Assembly (NCBI GenBank): GCA_016196885.1
Contig: JACPWU010000038.1
Coordinates: 55,895-87,894 of the forward strand
Source: Chlamydiota bacterium
GTDB lineage: Bacteria; Auribacterota; JACPWU01
DNA length: 32,000 nt
Direction: 5' to 3'
The position numbers and the translations under genes are program-made. Of this stretch, positions 25,814 to 32,000 are shown in pieces. The first letter of the stretch is position 1; every line of letters starts with the position of its first letter. The notes beneath the pieces are model-generated. The model was given only the letters and a program-made list of their open reading frames with translations, was not told where the DNA came from and did no database searches.

Positions 25814-26323
25814 TTATTTTTTAGGTTTTCGATTGACGCACATGCGTAAGTATTTCAGGTCTTCCAAGTCTCGTGGCCTCCCGACTCCTTCTTTGTTAAG
25901 AATCAATGCATCAAGCCCAATGTAGTAAATCGGGATCTGTTGATTTTTGAACTTCAGGGTTGAAATTTCACGAGAGTTCCAGGCCTTTTCGAAAGGAACT
26001 CCATCTATTCTACTGATGAGATCAATTCGATAAGGGGGGCAGCCAAATTGCACAATGAGACCTTCCTCTTCTAATTCCTCAGAATTTGAGATGCCTGGGA
26101 TAGAGCCTTTCCAAAATGCCTTCAGCGCCTCGAAGAGTCGGCCGGCATTTTCTTTGCCAAGGTCGTAGAAAAAATCAATATCACCTGTCAGGCGTGCATG
26201 CCCATAGAAGATGACAGCTTCACCTCCTACAACTAAATAACGAACCTGATATTGATCGAGTAGGCTTAGAAATTCTTGAATGTCTTGAGAGAAGTGAGAT
26301 GGGATTATTTTCTCTTGTGACAC
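25814..26323 (-). CDS. nucleotidyltransferase-fold protein (minimal NTase, unknown function)
   Basis: GGEAVIFYGHARLTGDIDFF fits the NTase G[GS]-x(9-13)-DxD pattern. GTG 26323 follows GGGAG. The longer ATG 26440 start would add an Arg-rich tail overlapping the upstream ORF. Confidence 0.6.
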   Translation of the reverse strand: MSQEKIIPSHFSQDIQEFLSLLDQYQVRYLVVGGEAVIFYGHARLTGDIDFFYDLGKENAGRLFEALKAFWKGSIPGISNSEELEEEGLIVQFGCPPYRIDLISRIDGVPFEKAWNSREISTLKFKNQQIPIYYIGLDALILNKEGVGRPRDLEDLKYLRMCVNRKPKK

Positions 26324-26487
26324 TCTCTGGACTCCCGTACATCTTTGAGGGGTTGATTGCAATAGGCTCTTCTTTTTAGTTCTGTTGCGGCCTCGAGTCG
26401 TTCTGCCAGCGTCATGGTGACCTGCTGTAAGATGTCCCAATTTTCAGCGTTTTCGAAAGAATGAGTTTTATGAAAAACACGTTTCAC
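26305..26487 (-). CDS. small hypothetical protein upstream of the NTase gene (possible partner)
   Basis: 60-codon ORF with a GTG start. Overlaps the NTase start by 19 nt. The SFENAENWDILQQ...LAERLEAATELKRRAY helix-rich pattern resembles small ORFs I recall next to such NTases; this is unverified. Confidence 0.4.
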   Translation of the reverse strand: MKRVFHKTHSFENAENWDILQQVTMTLAERLEAATELKRRAYCNQPLKDVRESRECHKRK

Positions 26488-26494
26488 AAAAAAT

Positions 26495-26503
26495 ATTATA
26501 TCA
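26495..26503 (-). promoter_or_regulatory. candidate extended -10 element (TGaTATAAT) in front of the small ORF
   Basis: The minus strand reads CTGATATAAT followed by 7 nt, then GTG 26487. There is no SD, so the transcript could be leaderless. Confidence 0.25.
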
Positions 26504-26523
26504 GAATTTTGGGAGAATGGAAT

Positions 26524-27288
26524 TTAAATCCCAATGATATGATACCCAGAATCCACAAAAATAATCTCACCGGTCACATTGGCTGAGCTGTCACTCGCGA
26601 GAAAGAGGGCGGTTTCGGCAACATCGCTTGTTTTTGCATTTTTACGAAGAGGAGAGCGGTCTTTGTGGGTTTTGAGAATTTGAGAAAATTTGCGAATGCC
26701 CATGGCTGAAAGCGTTCGGATAGGACCCGGTGAAATCCCATTCACCCGGATGCTTAGGGTCCCCAAATCACTCGCCAAATAGCGTACCGTGGATTCCAGT
26801 GCGGCTTTGGCGACCCCCATCACGTGATAGTTCGGAATAATGCGCCAGCCGCCCATCGAGCTGATGGTCATAATGCTTCCCCCTCTTTCCATTAAAGGAA
26901 GGGCGGCCCGGGTGAGGGCGGTAAGAGAAAAGGCGCTGGTTTCAAGCGTGAGCCTAAACCCATCCCGCGAGACGTCGCAGAACCTTCCTTTTAAATCTTT
27001 TGGAGGGGCATAGGCAACGCTGTGTACTATGAAATCAAGAGAGCCGTATTCTTTTTTTAGAAACTGAAAAACATTTTCAATTTGGGTATCGGAATTGACA
27101 TCACAAGAAATTGTAGGAGAGTGATTGAGTTTGGCCGCAAGTGCCTTGACCGTTTTTCCAAGTTTTTCATTCTGATACGTGAGGGCAAAACGGGCCCCTT
27201 CCTCATGAAATTTCTGAGCAATCGCCCACGCGATGCTCCGAGAATTGGCCACGCCAAAGATAACGCCTTTTTTCCCTTTAAGCTTCAT
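26524..27288 (-). CDS. fabI: enoyl-ACP reductase FabI (paralogue 1)
   Basis: GVANSRSIAWAIA, NYHVMGVAKAALE (Tyr-x6-Lys) and ISPGPIRTL motifs. Confidence 0.9.
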   Translation of the reverse strand: MKLKGKKGVIFGVANSRSIAWAIAQKFHEEGARFALTYQNEKLGKTVKALAAKLNHSPTISCDVNSDTQIENVFQFLKKEYGSLDFIVHSVAYAPPKDLKGRFCDVSRDGFRLTLETSAFSLTALTRAALPLMERGGSIMTISSMGGWRIIPNYHVMGVAKAALESTVRYLASDLGTLSIRVNGISPGPIRTLSAMGIRKFSQILKTHKDRSPLRKNAKTSDVAETALFLASDSSANVTGEIIFVDSGYHIIGI

Positions 27289-27305
27289 TAGATTGTACCT
27301 TATTT

Positions 27306-27347
27306 ACGAAGCACGCTTTACGTTGCACGCCTTACGGTTTTTACGTT
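27306..27347. repeat. six tandem heptads (ACGAAGC ACGCTTT ACGTTGC ACGCCTT ACGGTTT TTACGTT) with no inverted partner
   Basis: Strict 7-nt spacing of ACG, in the spacer between the two fabI genes. Confidence 0.6.
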
Positions 27348-28111
27348 CCCGTAATATGATATCCCGCATCCACATAAATGATCTCGCCTGTGATTCCCTT
27401 GGATAAATCGCTCGCGAGAAAGAGGCCCGTATCGGCCACTTCTGCGGCACTGATGTTTCTCTTTAAAGGGGAACGCTCTCTGTAAACGTCCAACATCTTT
27501 GTGAAGCCTGTGATTCCACGGGCGGCCAAGGTGTTGACGGGACCTGCAGAAATTCCATTCACACGGATTTTGCTTTCTCCGAGTTCATAAGCTAAATATC
27601 GAATCGAGGTTTCAAGTGCGGCCTTCGCAACACCCATCACATTATAATGAGGAACCACGAGATATCCTCCCAGATAGGTCAAGGCAAAGACGCTTCCTCC
27701 TTTTTTCTCCATCAGAGGAAGGGCTCGCTTCGTGATGGCGGGAAGGGAATAAGCGCTCACATCCAGTGCGATTCGAAAACCCTCCCGCGTGGTGTGATGA
27801 AAATCTCTTTCTAGTTCTTCCTTGCGTGCAAAGGCCACGCAATGAACGAGAATGTCGAGTTTCTCAAAAGAGTGCGAGAGGTCCTGAAAAACTTGTTCTA
27901 TTTCATAATCCTTCGTGACATCGCAGGGGAGGATGATGGGGTCCTTCAAGGTCCCAGCGAGCTCTCGAACATTTTCTTCGATGCGCTCTCCTTGATAGGT
28001 GAGTGCGAGTCGAGCCCCTGCATTGTGAAGTGTTTGGGCAATGGCCCACGCAATGCTTCTTTTATTCGCAACGCCAAAGATGATTGCAGTTTTGCCTTCT
28101 AAAAGTTTCAT
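27341..28111 (-). CDS. fabI: enoyl-ACP reductase FabI (paralogue 2)
   Basis: GVANKRSIAWAIA, HYNVMGVAKAALE and ISAGPVNTL motifs. Start ATG 28111 chosen by alignment with paralogue 1; the track ORF extends to 28150. Confidence 0.88.
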   Translation of the reverse strand: MKLLEGKTAIIFGVANKRSIAWAIAQTLHNAGARLALTYQGERIEENVRELAGTLKDPIILPCDVTKDYEIEQVFQDLSHSFEKLDILVHCVAFARKEELERDFHHTTREGFRIALDVSAYSLPAITKRALPLMEKKGGSVFALTYLGGYLVVPHYNVMGVAKAALETSIRYLAYELGESKIRVNGISAGPVNTLAARGITGFTKMLDVYRERSPLKRNISAAEVADTGLFLASDLSKGITGEIIYVDAGYHITGT

Positions 28112-28158
28112 TGTGAAGGTAAGTATTGCCTTTTGGATAAAAGGAGTCAACGGAAAAA

Positions 28159-28234
28159 CGGTCGTGAGTCGTGAGGAATGAGTCGTGAGTAAAAATAATA
28201 CCTTTAAAACTCACGACTCATCCCTCACGACTGT
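28159..28234. repeat. heptad-arm hairpin (GTCGTGA units versus TCACGAC units)
   Basis: About 23 of 26 positions pair. Loop AAAAATAATACCTTTAAA is homologous to the loops at 5835-5853 and 571-587. Confidence 0.85.
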
Positions 28235-28244
28235 TTTCTAAATA

Positions 28245-29627
28245 TTAAACCTCATCCTTGCTAAATGAAAGTTGAACCTTCCTTGGAAGGTTGGGGCCAA
28301 TACTCGTTCCATTAGAACAAAGAGAGCCTGGATAGGCCCACATCTTGCCGTACCAATCCACCACATAGACGGTTCCATCCTTCCCGACGGTGGGGGAGGA
28401 AAGCCCTCCTTGGAATCGGCCATCCAAGGTATAAGTTTCCAGGTCTAGCGAAAAACTTTCAACACCTCTTCCAAGGTTGAGGTAAACCCTGCTGGCTGTC
28501 AAAATGGGTGAAGCCAAAGTTCCCGCAGACAAGGGAAAGAGATTGAGCAATTCTCCATTAGATTCTAGAAAATGGAGAGCTCCATTGGACACGGCGTAGA
28601 TTTGCCTTCCAAAGGAGGCGGGGGTGGCCATGATTTCCTCTCCGGCGTCGTATTCCCAAAGTTTGTCTCCGGATTCAACCCCATAGCCCTGTATTTTCCC
28701 ATCTTTTCTGCCAATCACCAAAAGTCCTGCTGCATTGACCATGGGTGAGGAGGTGAGAAGAATGTCACCCTCGCTGCAATCTTTTCCATATTCTACGCTC
28801 CACAGATTCTCGAGATTTTCGGGGCTCCAACGAAAGGCGACCAGGGCCGTTCGGCCAGAGACCACAAGGATGGGCTCCTCAGGAGAGGCGACATTCCTCG
28901 CTTCCACAATGGCAACGGTCGGATCTAACCAGCCGAATGTCTCAGTGAAAGAGACGCCACTGGGATCAAATTCCCATGGAAATTCTGTGATAAAATCCCA
29001 GACATCTCCCAGCCAACTGAAGGGATTCCAACCTTCTCCGCAAATCGTATGGTTTCCGTAGGATGTCAATTTTTCTTCATGGACCCGTGCGCCTGAATTG
29101 TTGATGATAAAGAGTGAATCCGGCACGTAGACGAAGATGTAAGATTGTCGAGCCGTTCCCCAAGTTTTGGGAGAGGAGGTGGTCGTTCGATTTTCGGGAA
29201 ACGCAAAAGACCATCGCCAAACGCCAGAGGGCGTCACGCTGAAAAGAAAACTCACGTAGGTCTTTTCATCCACTTGTGTGTTCGCTGTGATGTAAATATT
29301 TCCATCTGGCCCCACAGAGGGAGAAGACATGATGATCGTGTTCGGGAGAAAGTCCCTTTTCCACTTTAAGGTTCCATCAGGATTCACAGCCACCAATTCT
29401 CCTTGGGTGGTGCCAACATAAAGGGTGCCGTCTTCTCCGATCACAGGTGAGGAATAAGCCACAGGTCCCACGTCCAAAATCCATTTTTCTTTGATGGCAT
29501 AATCTGAGCGCGTTGCAATAAAGCCATCGTTCGGACCATCATGAAATTGAGGATATTTTTTGTCCCAGTCGCTGAAGGCCTGGATGGATGAGAGAAGAAA
29601 TAAGAAGGTGAATAATATTTTTCGCAT
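28245..29627 (-). CDS. secreted PQQ-like beta-propeller repeat protein
   Basis: Signal peptide MRKILFTFLFLLSSIQA. Recurring SSPxVGxDGTxYV ... G.L.A blades. Confidence 0.75.
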   Translation of the reverse strand: MRKILFTFLFLLSSIQAFSDWDKKYPQFHDGPNDGFIATRSDYAIKEKWILDVGPVAYSSPVIGEDGTLYVGTTQGELVAVNPDGTLKWKRDFLPNTIIMSSPSVGPDGNIYITANTQVDEKTYVSFLFSVTPSGVWRWSFAFPENRTTTSSPKTWGTARQSYIFVYVPDSLFIINNSGARVHEEKLTSYGNHTICGEGWNPFSWLGDVWDFITEFPWEFDPSGVSFTETFGWLDPTVAIVEARNVASPEEPILVVSGRTALVAFRWSPENLENLWSVEYGKDCSEGDILLTSSPMVNAAGLLVIGRKDGKIQGYGVESGDKLWEYDAGEEIMATPASFGRQIYAVSNGALHFLESNGELLNLFPLSAGTLASPILTASRVYLNLGRGVESFSLDLETYTLDGRFQGGLSSPTVGKDGTVYVVDWYGKMWAYPGSLCSNGTSIGPNLPRKVQLSFSKDEV

Positions 29628-29648
29628 AGAGATCTCTTTCCTTTAATT

Positions 29649-29728
29649 AGAATTCAGAATACAGAATTCAGAAGTCAGAATCAATAAGGTTCTTTATTTA
29701 TTCTGCCTTCTGCCTTCTGCCTTCTGCC
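29649..29728. repeat. heptad-arm hairpin (AATTCAG AATACAG AATTCAG AAGTCAG AATCAAT versus 4x perfect TTCTGCC)
   Basis: About 22 of 26 positions pair. Lies between the divergent starts at 29627 (minus) and 29807 (plus). Confidence 0.8.
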
Positions 29729-29806
29729 CTTCCCCCCTTGAATTTTTTTTCGGATGTGTTAAAATAAAGGTAGCAGCGGATGCAATCCGATAATGAAAGG
29801 TTCAAC

Positions 29807-30964
29807 ATGCTGAATTATTTTCTAACGGATGAGCAGAAAGAGATTAGGGCTTTAGCCCGCCAAGTTGCCGAAGAAAAAATTGTCCCCATTCGAGAAAAAT
29901 ATGACCGCAGCGGCGAATTCGCCTGGGAAATGGTGAAGGTCTTTGCCGAAACAGGTCTCACCTCGGTTTACATTCCTCAAGAATATGGAGGGATGGGCGG
30001 TGGTCTTTTGGAATTGGTTTTGGTGGTGGAAGAGTTGAGCCGTGCTTGTGGGGCCATTGCCCTGAGCATCGCCGCCACAGGTTTGGGCGCCTATCCCATC
30101 ATCCTGTTTGGAAGTCCAGAACAAAAGAAAAAATATCTTCCTGACATTGCCTCGGGAAAAAAACTCGCCGCTTTTTCTATTACAGAACCCAGTTCGGGAA
30201 GTGACATTGGTTTTATTGCCACCCGTGCAGAAAAAAAGGGAGATCATTACATTATCAATGGGAATAAACAATGGGTGACCAATGGGGGCGAGGCGGAAAT
30301 TTATACGGTGATTGTAGCCAATGATCTTTCCAAGGGGCCCAGAGGGATCTCTGCCTTTATTGTTGAGAAAGGATTTGAGGGGTTTAGTTTTGGAAAGAAG
30401 GAAGACAAAATGGGCATTCGGTCTTCAGCCACACGGACTCTGATCTTCGAAGACTGCAAAGTTCCTGCAGAAAATTTATTGGGAAAGGAAGGCCGAGGTT
30501 TTGTGATTGCCCTCAAGAATTTCGACCATGGCCGGCCAGGGGTCGCAGCTCAAGCCGTCGGAATTGCACAAGGGGCTTTGGATGTTGCGACACGTTATGC
30601 CAAGGATCGAAAACAATTTGGGAAACCTATTGCCTCTTTTCAGGCGATTCAAATCATGTTAGCAGACATGGCGACCCAGATTGAGGCGGCTCGGGCGCTG
30701 ACCTATGCCGTAGCAAGAGCTTTTGAGGTGTCGGAGGTGGGGGAGCGTTTTACGAAAGAGGCGGCCATGACCAAACTTTTCGCATCAGACATGGCCATGA
30801 AAGTGACCACCGATGCCCTTCAGATTCTGGGGGGATATGGCTACATGAAAGATTACCCGGTTGAGAAAATGATGCGGGATGCAAAGATTACCCAAATTTA
30901 TGAAGGGACCAATCAAATTCAGCGCAACATGATCGCGGCAAGTCTGTTAAAAGAATACGTTTGA
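29807..30964 (+). CDS. acyl-CoA dehydrogenase (short/butyryl-CoA dehydrogenase-like)
   Basis: FSITEPSSGSD, QWVTNG and a catalytic-base region YEGTNQIQR. ATG 29807 follows GAAAGG. Confidence 0.9.
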   Translation: MLNYFLTDEQKEIRALARQVAEEKIVPIREKYDRSGEFAWEMVKVFAETGLTSVYIPQEYGGMGGGLLELVLVVEELSRACGAIALSIAATGLGAYPIILFGSPEQKKKYLPDIASGKKLAAFSITEPSSGSDIGFIATRAEKKGDHYIINGNKQWVTNGGEAEIYTVIVANDLSKGPRGISAFIVEKGFEGFSFGKKEDKMGIRSSATRTLIFEDCKVPAENLLGKEGRGFVIALKNFDHGRPGVAAQAVGIAQGALDVATRYAKDRKQFGKPIASFQAIQIMLADMATQIEAARALTYAVARAFEVSEVGERFTKEAAMTKLFASDMAMKVTTDALQILGGYGYMKDYPVEKMMRDAKITQIYEGTNQIQRNMIAASLLKEYV

Positions 30965-30966
30965 AA

Positions 30967-31041
30967 AATGTGCCAATGTGCCAATGATAAAATGTACCTT
31001 ATTTCATCGGTACATTGGCACATTGGCACATCGGCACAGTG
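30967..31041. repeat. octad-arm hairpin (AATGTGCC units versus GCACATTG units)
   Basis: Perfect 19-bp stem 30968-30986 / 31013-31031, plus an inner ATGTACC / GGTACAT pairing. Confidence 0.85.
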
Positions 31042-31055
31042 TGGTACATCTTAAC

Positions 31056-31838
31056 ATGAAAATCATCATTCTTATCAAACAAGTTCCTGACACCAAGGAT
31101 CAAAGATTCTCCCAAGACTTCCGTGCCGTTCGAGAAGGTTTAGACCTCATTTGCAATCCCTACGATGAATACGCGATTGAAGAGGCGGTGCGTCTTAAGG
31201 AAAGATTTTCGGGAGAGGTGTTGGCCATGAGTATGGGAACTCAGAGGGCGATCGATCTTTTGCGCTTTGCCATTTCTTTGGGAGTGGATCGAGGTCTTCT
31301 TTTGAATGATCCCGCGTTTACAGGCTCAGACCTTTTGGGGACAGCCACCACTTTAAGTCAAGCCATTGAGAAAAATGCCCCTTTTGATTTGGTCATAGGC
31401 GGCAAACAGTCCAGTGACGGAGAGAATGGTGTAATCCCGTCCGCCATTGCCCAATTTTTAGGTCTTCCTTTTGTGATGGATGTTCGAAAGATTGTAGATA
31501 TCAAGGATGGTAAGGCTCGTGTCGATCAAATGGTGGTCGGAGGGTATTATGAGATCGAGGTTCAATTGCCGGCGGTATTGAGCGTGGTCAAGGAAATCAA
31601 TGAGCCTCGTCTTCCTTCCCTCAAAGGAAAAATGGCCGCCAAGGGGGCTCAAATTCCCGTTTGGAAGGCCCAGGATTTGGGATTGGATGCCCACAGAATA
31701 GGAATGGGGGGTGCCCAAACCAAGGTTACTCAAGTCGAGGATCCTCCCAGCAAGACGGGGGTCAAGATTTTTTCTGGAACACCGCAAGAAGCAGTTGCAA
31801 AGCTCGTGAATGAGCTGATGGAGAAAAAGCTGATTTGA
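31056..31838 (+). CDS. etfB: electron transfer flavoprotein subunit beta
   Basis: MKIIILIKQVPDT N-terminus, about 260 aa, directly downstream of the acyl-CoA dehydrogenase. The track ORF start at 30978 reads through a hairpin. Confidence 0.9.
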   Translation: MKIIILIKQVPDTKDQRFSQDFRAVREGLDLICNPYDEYAIEEAVRLKERFSGEVLAMSMGTQRAIDLLRFAISLGVDRGLLLNDPAFTGSDLLGTATTLSQAIEKNAPFDLVIGGKQSSDGENGVIPSAIAQFLGLPFVMDVRKIVDIKDGKARVDQMVVGGYYEIEVQLPAVLSVVKEINEPRLPSLKGKMAAKGAQIPVWKAQDLGLDAHRIGMGGAQTKVTQVEDPPSKTGVKIFSGTPQEAVAKLVNELMEKKLI

Positions 31839-31867
31839 AACTAACTCCCCCAACCCCTCTTTGTTAT

Positions 31868-31994
31868 GAAACATTCATGCCGACTGAGGTCGGCACAAAG
31901 GGGGATGAAAATCACCCTTGTAGTCGCCCCATTTATGGGGCGGTCTATGACATTGGGGTATTGGGCATTGCCCGATAAATCGGGCGACTACAAG
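31868..31994. repeat. 127-nt structured repeat, copy 2 (may continue past the window end)
   Basis: 125/127 identical to 15388-15514. The only differences are at 31956 and 31959, in the central unpaired segment. Confidence 0.9.
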
Positions 31995-32000
31995 CTATCA

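Noticed and set aside
544-31041. Interpreting all heptad hairpins as ordinary rho-independent terminators
   Set aside because: Most lack a 3' T-tract. Several lie inside operons immediately before the next RBS, and two lie between divergent gene starts. A terminator role remains possible for a subset, for example 708-767, which has flanking A and T runs.

Overview
This is a mostly core-genome window from a moderately low-GC bacterium. I see no rRNA, transposase, integrase, cas gene or CRISPR array.

Gene order, plus strand:
- pcm (5' partial), tRNA-Pro(CGG), a CPA2 cation/proton antiporter, dapF, a class III adenylate cyclase, bcp, acyP, a metallophosphoesterase and a VanZ protein.
- A type II secretion-like block (gspC-like, gspD, gspE ... 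gspF), split by a small secreted protein and recJ.
- rpmB on the minus strand, then recG-rsmD-coaD-DUF177-rpmF-plsX-fabH-fabD-fabG-acpP-fabF.

Gene order, minus strand: a small-ORF plus nucleotidyltransferase-fold cassette, two tandem fabI paralogues, and a PQQ-like beta-propeller protein. The window ends with an acyl-CoA dehydrogenase and etfB on the plus strand.

I cannot point to a convincing new protein-coding system. The unusual content is non-coding:
1. Almost every intergenic spacer holds a long imperfect hairpin. Its arms are built from tandem 7-nt units (8-nt in one case). The unit sequence differs from site to site, and three sites share a conserved loop core.
2. There are two families of longer GC-rich structured repeats. 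One is a 127-nt element present twice at 125/127 identity. The other is a modular element that ends 24-25 nt upstream of two start codons.
3. fabG is broken by a 1-nt frameshift in a CCCC run.

All calls come from reading the sequence and translations by eye. No database search or folding calculation was run.
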